Source: Candidatus Poribacteria bacterium
Lineage (GTDB): Bacteria > Poribacteria > WGA-4E > WGA-3G
Length of the DNA: 64,000 nucleotides
Direction of reading: 5' to 3'
NCBI GenBank assembly: GCA_965198235.1
Contig: OZ240248.1
Coordinates: forward strand, 224,001-288,000
The position numbers were made by a program, and so were the translations under genes. Position 1 is the first letter of the stretch. Each line of letters opens with the position of its first letter. Below, piece after piece: positions 38,431-48,090 of the stretch. The notes beneath the pieces are model-generated. The model worked only from the letters and a program-made list of their open reading frames with translations, was not told where the DNA came from and did not search any database.

Positions 38431-39330
38431 ATGCTTACACCACAATTCCTGAAGCAACTTGAACCCTTCCATATCCGATCGGACCGCTCGTTCCGAGGTA
38501 AATTCAGAGGTGAACGCCGGAGTCTGAACCGTGGTGTAGGTATGGAATTTGCCGATTATCGGGTCTATGAACCCGGTGATGACCTACGGCATGTCGATTG
38601 GAACATCTACGCCCGTTTGGGGAAACTCTTTATCAAGCTCTTCCACGCTGACGAGGGATTACCACTCGCACTTCTCATTGATAACAGTCGTTCTATGGAG
38701 TTTGGCTCGCCGACCAAGCTAACGTGTGCCAAACAGATCGCCGCGGCGTTAGGCTATATCGCTTTGGGACACGCTGATAGTGTTGCTGTCTATACTTGTG
38801 CGGAACGGCTCTCCTCGACATTGCCACCTGCATCGAGTACATCGCAATTTTCACGTCTCACAAAGGTTCTGACCGCAATTACTGCACACGGGCAAACGCG
38901 GCTGACGGAATGTCTCAGGCAACTTCCGATGTATCAACGGCATCCGTGCGCGATTGTTGTCCTTTCCGATTTTTTGGATCCGAATGGCTATGAACAGGGC
39001 TTCAAATTGCTCACAGGACGCGGCTTCTCGCTCACAGCTATCCACCTGATGAGTCCAGAAGAGATGAACCCGCAGGTGTACTTGGAAAACACACCTACCG
39101 GAGGGGACTGGTTGGTAGAGGATGCCGAAACCAGTGAAACGAGAGCCATCACAATTAATCCCGAAACGCTCTCGCAATACCAGAATCAGCAACAGATTTT
39201 TTGCGACACCTTGCTACGTTTCTGTATCGACCAAGGGATTGGCTATGCACAACTAAAAAGCGATACGCCTATAGAACCCTTTATTTTACAGGAGCTGCAC
39301 AGAGCCGGTTTAATTCAGAGGAATCGTTAA
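38431..39330 (+). CDS. DUF58 (vWA-like) protein
   Basis: EFADYR.Y.PGDDLRHVDWN, DNSRSM, SDFL. Confidence 0.9.
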   Translation: MLTPQFLKQLEPFHIRSDRSFRGKFRGERRSLNRGVGMEFADYRVYEPGDDLRHVDWNIYARLGKLFIKLFHADEGLPLALLIDNSRSMEFGSPTKLTCAKQIAAALGYIALGHADSVAVYTCAERLSSTLPPASSTSQFSRLTKVLTAITAHGQTRLTECLRQLPMYQRHPCAIVVLSDFLDPNGYEQGFKLLTGRGFSLTAIHLMSPEEMNPQVYLENTPTGGDWLVEDAETSETRAITINPETLSQYQNQQQIFCDTLLRFCIDQGIGYAQLKSDTPIEPFILQELHRAGLIQRNR

Positions 39331-39359
39331 AATAGTAAAAAAACTGAAAGTCACCCAAA

Positions 39360-40538
39360 TTGAACCACCGCAAATTTAGCCGAGTCTCGCTAATCTTTCC
39401 CATCTATATTCCAGCGTTTCTGTTGGCAACAGGCGGAGGCATTGTTTCACCAACGCTTTCGATTTATGTTAAATCGTTTGAGTTATCCTATACGTTGACG
39501 ACGGTTGTCCTTGCTGTTGGTGTGCTTGGAAATATCCCCGCTGGCATTTTAGTGGAACGACTCGGGCGCAAGCCATCGATGTTGCTCGGTTTAGTCATGA
39601 TAGGACTGTCAACGCTGGGCATGGGAACGGCGCGAAATTTCTTCCAACTCATCGGTGCGCAGTTATTTGGTGGCATTGGATACGCATTGTGGATGCTTGC
39701 TCGGCATGCATATATGACGGATGTGATCCCGATAGCGAATCGCGGGAGAGCAATTGCACTGTTCGGCGGTGTGAATCGGATGGGCACCTTCGTAGGTCAG
39801 TTCTGCTCTATCTTTCTTGGGGTAAATCTCCGCTTTCCCTTCTTCATCTATGCTGGTATCGTAATGCTGAACCTTTTCCTCTGTTTCTTCTTCATTCCCG
39901 GGACACGGCGCACCACAACTGAAGTAACAGGTAAGAAGCCTCCTTACCTAAAACATCTACTTGAGGTCTCGCGCCAGCATGCGCGGCTCCTCGCCACTGC
40001 GGGGGTAGGGCAGGTGTGCGTACAGACGTTGCGTCGCGGGTGCAATATCATTATTCCACTCTATGCCGACGAGGTTGTCGGATTAACGACGCAACAGGTC
40101 CGCTCAGTCGTCATGATCTCCTCAGCGGTAGATATGTCGATGTTTCCAATTGCCGGCTATATGATGGATCGGTTCGGTCGGAGATATGCGACGGTGCCGG
40201 GGGTGTTCATTTTTGCCACGGGGATGGTGTTGATGCCGTTTACAGGTACATTTACGGGGTTGCTGCTCGCAGCAATCTTCATGCGTATGGGTAACGGTAT
40301 CGCTTCGGGAACGATGATGACACTCGGCGCAGACCTGGCCCCACGCGAAGGGATAGGGGAGTTCTTGGGTTTATGGCGACTCACGGGAGATTTCGGTGGT
40401 TCGGCGGGACCGGTTATCGTTGGCAATCTTGCCGATCTGTTCGGATTGAGTTATTCCGGTTTTGCGTTGGGGGGCATCGGTTATCTCGCGGTGAGCATTT
40501 TCCTGTGGTTGGTACCGGAGACGTTGCAGAGAGAGTGA
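39360..40538 (+). CDS. MFS transporter
   Basis: About 12 TMs; ERLGRK and DRFGRR motif A. Confidence 0.9.
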   Translation: MNHRKFSRVSLIFPIYIPAFLLATGGGIVSPTLSIYVKSFELSYTLTTVVLAVGVLGNIPAGILVERLGRKPSMLLGLVMIGLSTLGMGTARNFFQLIGAQLFGGIGYALWMLARHAYMTDVIPIANRGRAIALFGGVNRMGTFVGQFCSIFLGVNLRFPFFIYAGIVMLNLFLCFFFIPGTRRTTTEVTGKKPPYLKHLLEVSRQHARLLATAGVGQVCVQTLRRGCNIIIPLYADEVVGLTTQQVRSVVMISSAVDMSMFPIAGYMMDRFGRRYATVPGVFIFATGMVLMPFTGTFTGLLLAAIFMRMGNGIASGTMMTLGADLAPREGIGEFLGLWRLTGDFGGSAGPVIVGNLADLFGLSYSGFALGGIGYLAVSIFLWLVPETLQRE

Positions 40539-40544
40539 AGCAAA

Positions 40545-40569
40545 CAGGCGCGCTTGGAAGGCGCGCCTG
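40545..40569. terminator. GC hairpin between convergent MFS gene and tRNA
   Basis: CAGGCGCGC...GCGCGCCTG. Confidence 0.45.
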
Positions 40570-40585
40570 CATCGTCTTTCATAGA

Positions 40586-40671
40586 TGCCGGGAAAGGGAC
40601 TCGAACCCTTACGCGCATAATGCACACTAGACCCTGAACCTAGCCTGTCTACCAAATTTCAGCATCCCGGC
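40586..40671 (-). tRNA. tRNA-Leu(CAG); CCA not encoded
   Basis: GCCGGGA acceptor stem, CTAGG-TTCAGGG-TCTAG anticodon arm, long variable arm, GGTTCGAGTCC T arm. Confidence 0.95.
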
Positions 40672-40681
40672 AAGCAATTAT

Positions 40682-40710
40682 AGTATACCGTAATTTCCAT
40701 CCTTTGTCAA
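40682..40710 (-). promoter_or_regulatory. Sigma70 promoter of tRNA-Leu
   Basis: TTGACA-17-TATACT. Confidence 0.85.
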
Positions 40711-40778
40711 ATTAAATTGGGGATGTTTGGTGCCCTGTAGGAGCGATCTCCTCATCGCGATTCATCAACAGAAAGCAC

Positions 40779-40900
40779 AGCCCCAGCGGGGGTTTTTGCT
40801 TGGGTGTTTCTTCAACATCTGTGTAGAAAATCTGTCCACCCGCGAGAATAAGCCCCAGCGGGGGTTTTTGCTTGGGTGTTTCTTCAACATCTGTGTAAAA
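40779..40900. repeat. Two direct copies of a ~47-bp composite repeat, period 72
   Basis: AGCCCCAGCGGGGGTTTTTGCTTGGGTGTTTCTTCAACATCTGTGTA at 40779 and 40851. Confidence 0.85.
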
Positions 40901-41027
40901 AAGGTCTTGGGTTTCGACAAATACCTAAGATGTTTCTTGATCCAGATTATCATCTAAGGATTCTCAAAAATCGCCCAAAGTTTACTGGATTCTTAAGACG
41001 TGCAGTGAATCGCACAACTACAAACGC

Positions 41028-41193
41028 CAGGGCTATTTAGTTTTCCATTTTTTAGGACATTTTCGGGGACCCCGGACCCGGTAGGAGTGGTGTTTTTGCT
41101 TGGGTGTTTCCTCTAAGTAACCGCTCCGCGCATGGAAAAAGAGGTGTTCAAACGCCAAACACTCCGATAATTTCTTAAAACTAAATGGCTCTG
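41028..41193. mobile_element. MITE, 166 bp, 10-bp TSD
   Basis: TIR CAGGGCTATTTAGTTTT / AAAACTAAATGGCTCTG; TSD CTACAAACGC on both sides. Confidence 0.85.
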
Positions 41194-41264
41194 CTACAAA
41201 CGCACTCACGCGTAGATAGAAAATCGGATTAAACTTGCAGTATACTTAATCAGTCTAATGTAAT

Positions 41265-41366
41265 TAGGACTTACGCATTCTCTCTTAAAGTCCCCCTGAT
41301 AAGGGGGATTTAGGGGGTTAAATACAACGAAATATGCCCTTTCCTGTTCAATTTGCGTAAGTCCTG
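41265..41366. mobile_element. MITE, 102 bp, 5-bp TSD
   Basis: TIR TAGGACTTACGCA / TGCGTAAGTCCTG; TSD GTAAT. Confidence 0.8.
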
Positions 41367-41452
41367 GTAATTAACATAACGATTGCGTTTCTGCCAATAG
41401 AGGCGATTTGTAGTCGTGATTCTCCGGACAACAAAAAAAGGAGCGCAAATCC

Positions 41453-42202
41453 ATGAGAATACGAATATTTGTCTGCACGATACTCGCGTTAAGCCTCGTC
41501 GTCGGTTATAGTCAAGCCGAGATTGATCCAGATAGGATTGTCGGTATTTGGCTATTGGACGAAGGCAAAGGCGATGTCGCTGAAGACGCGTCTGAAAACG
41601 GGCGTAAAGGTACAATTACGCGAGCGGAATGGGCAAAAGGCAAGTTCGATGGTGCCCTTGAAATCAAAAAGGGCGGAACCGTTACTATCCCTCTCGGTAA
41701 AGGTATTATCGAAGATAAAGTGACTTTCATCCTGTGGCTGAACTTTACTGACATCGGCGGTCAACAGAACTATTTCTCTATATGGGATCAGAGCAACAAC
41801 CGCTATGTTCCGTACAAAAACGGTGGAAATCTCCTCCGAAGTTGGACGAACACTTGGGACGTCGCCAGTGGCGTGACCGTCAAAGATGGAACCTGGTACC
41901 ACGTTGCCAATGTCTACGACGGAGAAACCTGTAAAATCTACGTCAACGGTGAAGAAAAAGTGTCACAAAAGGTGCCGAAGTTCCAACTCCAGGATCAGGA
42001 TCAGACGGCGTGGCTCGCGACTGACAAAGGAACCGGTTTCCTCTCCGCCACTATTATGGACGAGGTCGGTCTCTTCAACGATGGACTCACCGAAGATGAA
42101 ATTCAGGATATTATGAACGATGGTATCTTCTTCACCGCTTTTGCTGTGGAGCCGTCGGATAAACTTCCTGTGCTGTGGGGAAGATTGAAGTCGCATTTTT
42201 AA
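41453..42202 (+). CDS. Secreted LamG-like jellyroll protein
   Basis: Signal peptide, GIWLLDEG.G, WYHVA.VYDG, MDEVGLF, C-terminal AVEPSDKLPVLWGRLK. Confidence 0.88.
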   Translation: MRIRIFVCTILALSLVVGYSQAEIDPDRIVGIWLLDEGKGDVAEDASENGRKGTITRAEWAKGKFDGALEIKKGGTVTIPLGKGIIEDKVTFILWLNFTDIGGQQNYFSIWDQSNNRYVPYKNGGNLLRSWTNTWDVASGVTVKDGTWYHVANVYDGETCKIYVNGEEKVSQKVPKFQLQDQDQTAWLATDKGTGFLSATIMDEVGLFNDGLTEDEIQDIMNDGIFFTAFAVEPSDKLPVLWGRLKSHF

Positions 42203-42443
42203 TTATGCCTTGCGGATAAGTATCGGCTGCTTGTATCTGCAAGTTTCCCGTATTCGAGTCGCACTCCATTACATTCCGTGCTTAGTTTTTAGCGGACCCC
42301 CATCTAATATAGCGTGCTATGGTCAAAATTGCGTCCGTGCTGATAAGCTCAGGTGTGTAGCTCGTAATGTAATGGAGAGCGGGTCTAAGAAACGCACGTG
42401 AAGGTCTAAACGCACGAAGTTTAACCGCAAGGTATAATTAAAA
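42197..42443. mobile_element. MITE-like element with 19-bp inverted ends
   Basis: TTTTAATTATGCCTTGCGG / CCGCAAGGTATAATTAAAA (18/19 match). Confidence 0.7.
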
Positions 42444-42935
42444 ATGATATATTTTGCATACGGGTCCAACATGAACCTCTCTCACATGCAACAGCGGTGC
42501 CCGGGTGTCACGCACATAGAAAAGTTCCAACTTGAAGGGTTTCGCCTTGTTTTTAAATACCACGCCGATATTATCCCTACGGAGGGGTGTACAGTCCACG
42601 GTGGACTCTGGGAAATTACAGAGGATCACGAAGAAGCACTTGATACGTACGAAGGTTATCCCGACTATTACGGTAAGTATTACCAAGACGGTGTCATGTT
42701 TTACAGGATGAGAGAGGCGTATGAGAAGGATATTGAAGCTCCTTCAAAATGGTATCTAAAAACCATTATTCAGGGTTACCGTGATTTTGGGGTAACGCAG
42801 GAAGAATTTGAAGAGAGCCTCGGTGTCCAACACCTTCGGTTAACGCAAAAGGACCTTGAAGAGAGCCTCGGTGTGTCGATGGATGAACTCGCCCGCCTAT
42901 TTTCCCGTGTCGCAACCTCTCCTGTCTATGAGTAA
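42444..42935 (+). CDS. Gamma-glutamylcyclotransferase (AIG2-like)
   Basis: YFAYGSNM, LDTYEGYP. Confidence 0.88.
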   Translation: MIYFAYGSNMNLSHMQQRCPGVTHIEKFQLEGFRLVFKYHADIIPTEGCTVHGGLWEITEDHEEALDTYEGYPDYYGKYYQDGVMFYRMREAYEKDIEAPSKWYLKTIIQGYRDFGVTQEEFEESLGVQHLRLTQKDLEESLGVSMDELARLFSRVATSPVYE

Positions 42936-42953
42936 ACCAATAAACCTCGTCCT

Positions 42954-44684
42954 TCAAATCACCCGTTTCACATACACATAATACACCCCAATTGCCAACT
43001 CGCCAGTTTCGTCGGTGAACTCGGTATGCATGCGCGTCTGACCGGCGGTGAGATCGAACGTAAACGTTACGCCCTTCGCATCTGGTGGAATCACTTTCGT
43101 CGCAACCTTATCCCCGATGCGGATTTGCGCTGCTGTTAATGCCAGAGCCTTTCCACCGTTGTAAAGATCAATATGCTCACCGGGAATACCGTCCGTTATT
43201 GCCCTGTCTTCAGCGAGGGGCCACCGACGCAACTCGAAACTGTACTCTCCATCTTCGGGGACCTCAATTGCCCAATAGCCGTTGCACTCCAATCCTCGGC
43301 GAATCATGCCCTGATTCCATGCGTGTGCTTCCCCGTGCCAATCGTGGGTCGTGATGCATGTAACGGGTTCGTTTTGCGTCCCGATAACGATGGGACAGTC
43401 CTCATCAAACCGCTCCGAGACCAATTGCCACCACGCTTCATAATGCTCACGAAGGTCCGCGACGACTTCGGGGTGTTCGTCAGCGATGTCGTCCTGCTGC
43501 CCGGGATCGGCTTGTATATCGTAAAGTTCGGTTCCGTTGATGAGCCGCCACTGTTGCGACATCGTCGCGCTATCTTTCCACTTAATCGGGTTTTCAACGC
43601 GCTGCGAATCGGTGACGATAACCCGTTCCTCCCATGCATCCGTTTCGCTTCTCAACAGCGGCGCAATGCTGGTGCCGTGGAAGTGGGCGTTTGAGGAAAC
43701 CTCAAGATCGCACAGATCTATCAGCGTCGGGAGCAGGTCGATGTTTGCAGTGAGCTCATGCACCTCGTGCTTTTCGGTGAAATCGCCGCCAGGCCAATGC
43801 ATAAACAGTGGCACACGGTGTCCACCTTCATACGGCGACCCTTTTCTACCGCGCATTCCGGCGTTGTAGCCTGCTGTGACGAACTGCTGTGCATCCAGAT
43901 CGCATCCAGCCGCGGAGCCGTTATCGGTCATGAAGATGAGGATCGTGTTTTCCTCAAGTCCCAAGACCCGGAGATGGTGCCGTAACCGCGCCATGTTGTC
44001 GTCTATATTGGTGATCATGCCATAGAAATTCGCACGCTCGCCTGGCACACCCTTCCTCCGATAAACCTCACTGTAGGCATCGGGGACACGGAACGGACCG
44101 TGCGGGGCATTGGTAGAGAGGTAACAGAAGAACGGACGGTTCTGGTCGCCTTCCGCCTGTCTCTCGATAAACGCCATCGCTTCCTGAAACCAAACATCTG
44201 TACAGTAACCGTCAAACGGTTGTTCGGAACCGTTGCGGAAATAGGTGTCGTCAAAATAGTCGTTGCCCCAATAGTCGGGAGTTTGACTGATGCCACCACC
44301 GCCGTGGTAGAGTGCTTCGTCAAAACCTCTGTCGTGTGGACGGAACGGGTAATTGTCGCCGAGATGCCATTTCCCGAACATACCCGTCTTATAGCCGTTG
44401 CGTCGGAAGATATCCGCCATCGTGACCTCGTCGCTGCGAAGGAGTGAGCGTCCGCCGATAGTATGCCACACACCTGTGGAGTTGCAATAGTGCCCTGTCA
44501 TAATCCCTGCTCGTGTCGGTGAACAGGTGGGACCGACGTGCAGGTTCTGCAGTTGCACGCTCTCTGCGGCAAGTGCGTCCAGATTCGGTGTGTTGATAAC
44601 GGGGTTTCCGGTGCTTCCCAAGTCGCCATAACCTTGGTCATCCGTAATAACGAAGACGAGGTTAGGTGTTGTCTGTTCTGCCAC
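42954..44684 (-). CDS. Arylsulfatase
   Basis: TDDQGYGD, CSPTRAG formylglycine motif, GKWHLG, EGGHRVP. Confidence 0.93.
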   Translation of the reverse strand: MAEQTTPNLVFVITDDQGYGDLGSTGNPVINTPNLDALAAESVQLQNLHVGPTCSPTRAGIMTGHYCNSTGVWHTIGGRSLLRSDEVTMADIFRRNGYKTGMFGKWHLGDNYPFRPHDRGFDEALYHGGGGISQTPDYWGNDYFDDTYFRNGSEQPFDGYCTDVWFQEAMAFIERQAEGDQNRPFFCYLSTNAPHGPFRVPDAYSEVYRRKGVPGERANFYGMITNIDDNMARLRHHLRVLGLEENTILIFMTDNGSAAGCDLDAQQFVTAGYNAGMRGRKGSPYEGGHRVPLFMHWPGGDFTEKHEVHELTANIDLLPTLIDLCDLEVSSNAHFHGTSIAPLLRSETDAWEERVIVTDSQRVENPIKWKDSATMSQQWRLINGTELYDIQADPGQQDDIADEHPEVVADLREHYEAWWQLVSERFDEDCPIVIGTQNEPVTCITTHDWHGEAHAWNQGMIRRGLECNGYWAIEVPEDGEYSFELRRWPLAEDRAITDGIPGEHIDLYNGGKALALTAAQIRIGDKVATKVIPPDAKGVTFTFDLTAGQTRMHTEFTDETGELAIGVYYVYVKRVI

Positions 44685-44707
44685 GATTATATCTCCTTTA
44701 TTAACAA

Positions 44708-46138
44708 TTAGCGTAAAACGCCTTGGGCTTTCAATCGAGAAATCAACTCGGCTTGTGTGCCTTGTCCTTTTGTAGAGTTGCAGGCACCGCAGAGGAGCTG
44801 GAGGTTGTCCTCGTGGTCGGTGCTACCTTGCGATTGTGGTACGATGTGATCAATCGTCATGTTTCTAAATGGAAATTGTGTCCTGCACCCGTTACATAAG
44901 CCTTCCTGTTTACCGAACAAGGTATGCTTGTGTGTGCAATAATTGGGGAGTTTCTCACTCCGTTTCGGGATATCCGTGCGGTGGATAACTTTTCCGAAGA
45001 GTCCTACCTCATTCTCTAACCGCATACGTACAAGGTCAACGGCTCTGGGTGATATGTCAATACCGATCCAGTGTCGTTGTAGCCTTTCTGCAGCTACACA
45101 AGTTGTGGCACACCCACAGAACGGGTCTAATACCACATCTTTCTTGTTGCTACTTGCTTTGAGGAGGCGCTCTAATAACGCGACGGGTTTTTGGGTGGGA
45201 TAGCCGACACGTTCTTTGGATTTACTTGCAATCGGATTTACATCCGTAATAACATCATGTACTTTTCTTCCCTTTGACGTTGATAGGTAACGCTTGAATC
45301 TTGGCACCCTCCCTTTTGGAGGCCAATAAATCAAACCAGCAGCGTCTAAAACGTCCAGTCTTTCGTGAACTGAAAGTTCTTCATAATTGTCAGGCGGTTC
45401 CACACCTTCTGGCCACGCTGATCTTTGCGGAGTGCTCCAGTTTCTACCGACAAGACTTGGATCTATACCGCGCCAAGGTTGACCAGATTCCCCTTTTTCT
45501 GGGACGCTTCCTCCAGTAAGATTATCAACTTGGAAAAGTCCCCTTTCGTCGCGATGGCGATAAATTCTCTTTACGTATTCTGGATCATGTTCCGTATAGA
45601 CATTATTCCATACTCTTTGGCTGCTTTTGCTATAAAACAGTATTGTGTCATGAACCCTACCAAACAACTTACCCAGACTATGTGTGCTTGTCCGTTGCCA
45701 CACAATCTCATTCCGAAAATTATCCTTCCCAAACACCGCATCCATTAGTCCTTTGAGATAGTGGCTCGCAGTCGGATCGCAGTGCAAGTATATATTGCCC
45801 GTGTTTTTGAGAACGCGCTTCATCTCTAACAACCGCACTGCCATCATAATCAGGTAAGACTTCATACCCTTGCCGTGTGTGAGCTCGGCTGCGTGTATTG
45901 CCTGATACAAAGCGGGTTCGCGGTCGGCTATTTCGCCGTGCCATGCGTTGTCTACATCGGAGAGTGTCCAGGTATCTTTGAAGGCTGCGCCTGCTGCATC
46001 GCTGCCGATAGGTGCAGCATAGTTGCGATTGGAATTGAATGGCGGGTCAAGATAGATCAGATCGACTGATTCGGTGTCTATACCTCGCAGGATAGGTAGA
46101 TTATCGCTTGAGAAGATAGTTCGGTTTTGGACATTCAT
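44708..46138 (-). CDS. N4/N6 DNA methyltransferase fused to C-terminal HNH domain
   Basis: DPPF, YPTQKP, LDPFCGC; CNGC...IDHIVP...NLQLLCGACN. Confidence 0.88.
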   Translation of the reverse strand: MNVQNRTIFSSDNLPILRGIDTESVDLIYLDPPFNSNRNYAAPIGSDAAGAAFKDTWTLSDVDNAWHGEIADREPALYQAIHAAELTHGKGMKSYLIMMAVRLLEMKRVLKNTGNIYLHCDPTASHYLKGLMDAVFGKDNFRNEIVWQRTSTHSLGKLFGRVHDTILFYSKSSQRVWNNVYTEHDPEYVKRIYRHRDERGLFQVDNLTGGSVPEKGESGQPWRGIDPSLVGRNWSTPQRSAWPEGVEPPDNYEELSVHERLDVLDAAGLIYWPPKGRVPRFKRYLSTSKGRKVHDVITDVNPIASKSKERVGYPTQKPVALLERLLKASSNKKDVVLDPFCGCATTCVAAERLQRHWIGIDISPRAVDLVRMRLENEVGLFGKVIHRTDIPKRSEKLPNYCTHKHTLFGKQEGLCNGCRTQFPFRNMTIDHIVPQSQGSTDHEDNLQLLCGACNSTKGQGTQAELISRLKAQGVLR

Positions 46139-46413
46139 GGGTTTTTTAGTTGTCGGTTTTCGGTTGTTGGGTTTCGCTGCACTCTACCAATCTACAGATT
46201 CCCACAGAATGTCCGAAGCGCAATAAATTGCGCAACTACAAACGGCGATCCTCTTAAAATCCGCGCAATCTGCGAAATCCGTGTAATCCGCGATTTGCGG
46301 CGTACTCGCCCAAATGCGACGTGCATTCAGACAAGGGCGGGCCCAGAGACCCGCCCCTACAATAAGAAAAAAATCGGGCTTACAAGGTTTCTTTCCCACA
46401 AGAAAAAATAATA

Positions 46414-47601
46414 TTACTGCAACGCCGCCTTAATTCGATCCAGCCCGCGGTTGATCTCCGTCAACGAGGTCGCGAAGGAGAGTCGCAAATGATTGTCCGC
46501 GCCGAAACCGTCCCCGGGCACAACGCCGACACCCGCCGAATTAAGCAGATAATCGGTTATATCCATCGAGTTTTTGATCTTCTGTCCGTCGAGTGTTCTG
46601 CCGTAGTGTTCAGAGAAATCGGGGAAGATATAGAACGCGCCCTGCGGTTTGACGTAGCCAACACCGCTGATCTCATCAAAACGTTGACAGATCACATCTC
46701 GGCGTTCCTCAAACGCTTTTCGCATCTCTTCGACAGCGTCTTGCGGTTCATTGAGTGCGACAACGGCGGCTTTTTGTGCAATCGATGTCGGGTTGGAAGT
46801 GCTGTGTGATTGGATGCGCGACATCGCCGATACCGCGTCTTCGGGCCCGGCGGTGTATCCGATCCGCCACCCTGTCATTGAATAGGCTTTGGACATCCCG
46901 TTGACAACAAAGGTAATCGCTTTCGTTTCCTCGTTGAACGAAGCCGGACTCTCATGCGTTGCCCCGTCGTAGAGCAATGCCTCATAGATCTCATCGGAGA
47001 TGAGGTAGACCTGATGTTTGACGGCGATTGCGGCGATCTGTTTGAGCGTATCCAGATTGTATGTGGTGCCAGTCGGATTGCTCGGACTGTTAACGAGGAT
47101 CGCCTTCGTTTTTGCCGTGATGGCTGCCTCGACCTGATCCGGTGCCATGCAGAAGTTTTGCGCCGGTGTCGTCTCAATGACGCGCGGCACTGCACCTGCA
47201 AGTTTAATCTGCTCTGGGTAGCTTACCCAATACGGTGCGGCGAAGATGACCTCATCACCCGGATCACAGATGGCTTGAAAGATGTTATAAATGGTGTGTT
47301 TGGCACCGCACGAAACGATGACTTCGGAGGGTTTGTAGCTTAGCCCGTTGTCTCGTTTGAATTTCTTAGTGATTGCCTCTCGGAGTTCAGGGGTGCCGGG
47401 GACAGGGGTGTATTTGGTGAACCCCGCATTGAGTGCGGCGATTGCGGCATCTTTGATATAATCGGGTGTGTCAAAATCAGGTTCGCCTGCGCCGAATTTG
47501 ACGACATCTACGCCATCTGCGATCAACGCGTTGATTTTCGCGGTGATCGCCAAAGTGGACGATGGGGTTACGTTTTGACTCCGTTGTGATAATGAAATCA
47601 T
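46414..47601 (-). CDS. aspC: Class I PLP-dependent (aspartate) aminotransferase
   Basis: GEPDF, NSPSNPTG, SDEIY, SKAYSMTGWRIG. Confidence 0.9.
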   Translation of the reverse strand: MISLSQRSQNVTPSSTLAITAKINALIADGVDVVKFGAGEPDFDTPDYIKDAAIAALNAGFTKYTPVPGTPELREAITKKFKRDNGLSYKPSEVIVSCGAKHTIYNIFQAICDPGDEVIFAAPYWVSYPEQIKLAGAVPRVIETTPAQNFCMAPDQVEAAITAKTKAILVNSPSNPTGTTYNLDTLKQIAAIAVKHQVYLISDEIYEALLYDGATHESPASFNEETKAITFVVNGMSKAYSMTGWRIGYTAGPEDAVSAMSRIQSHSTSNPTSIAQKAAVVALNEPQDAVEEMRKAFEERRDVICQRFDEISGVGYVKPQGAFYIFPDFSEHYGRTLDGQKIKNSMDITDYLLNSAGVGVVPGDGFGADNHLRLSFATSLTEINRGLDRIKAALQ

Positions 47602-47717
47602 TCGTTCTCCTTGCTTTTAAGTGTAACCGATTCACGAATCAGGCAGTATTCACACAGACTTTTGGCGCGTGTCCTAACTAACCGTCTTAAGGCAACAGAG
47701 ACATAGGTCTTACTCAT
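47598..47717 (-). pseudogene. N-terminal remnant of an HNH endonuclease
   Basis: MSKTYVSVALRRLVRTRAKSLCEYCLI then abrupt join to the aspC leader. Confidence 0.65.
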
Positions 47718-47952
47718 TTTTCAAGTAGTATCGGGCACGAGATTTCGCAAGACGCCTCAGATGTTCAAGTTGCAAACAATGATTGAGTTCTGCCGTTTCT
47801 TCAGAGGTTAATCCCCTTGTCTTCTCACGGTGGATGATATCTGCAATACGTTCCTTTGCATCTTCGGATGGGCAAAAGTCTATTAAATTTTGAGGGGTTG
47901 TCCCTGCTGCAATAAAATCAACGATTTCTTGATAGGCAGGTGATATGTACAT
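47710..47952 (-). CDS. Small hypothetical, antitoxin-like partner of the HNH remnant
   Basis: AAGGAG RBS; AYQEIVDFIAAG...LEHLRRLAK; overlaps HNH start. Confidence 0.6.
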   Translation of the reverse strand: MYISPAYQEIVDFIAAGTTPQNLIDFCPSEDAKERIADIIHREKTRGLTSEETAELNHCLQLEHLRRLAKSRARYYLKNE

Positions 47953-48090
47953 TAGAATTCTCCTTTTTTTCGCCCCGCTACACAAAGTTGTGTGTGTGTG
48001 AGTCACTCACTTCAACGCCAGAAGGGGTTATCAGCGATAAAACTGAAAGATAGCATTTGCTATTGAGTGGCTAACAGTTGAAATACGAGG

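Noticed and set aside
40779-40900. Two direct repeats with a short spacer resembling a mini CRISPR
   Set aside because: Only two units, built from dispersed repeat families seen elsewhere in the window; no cas genes
40586-41400. tRNA-anchored integrative element
   Set aside because: No integrase, no duplicated tRNA 3' end seen, and the repeats lie on the tRNA 5' side
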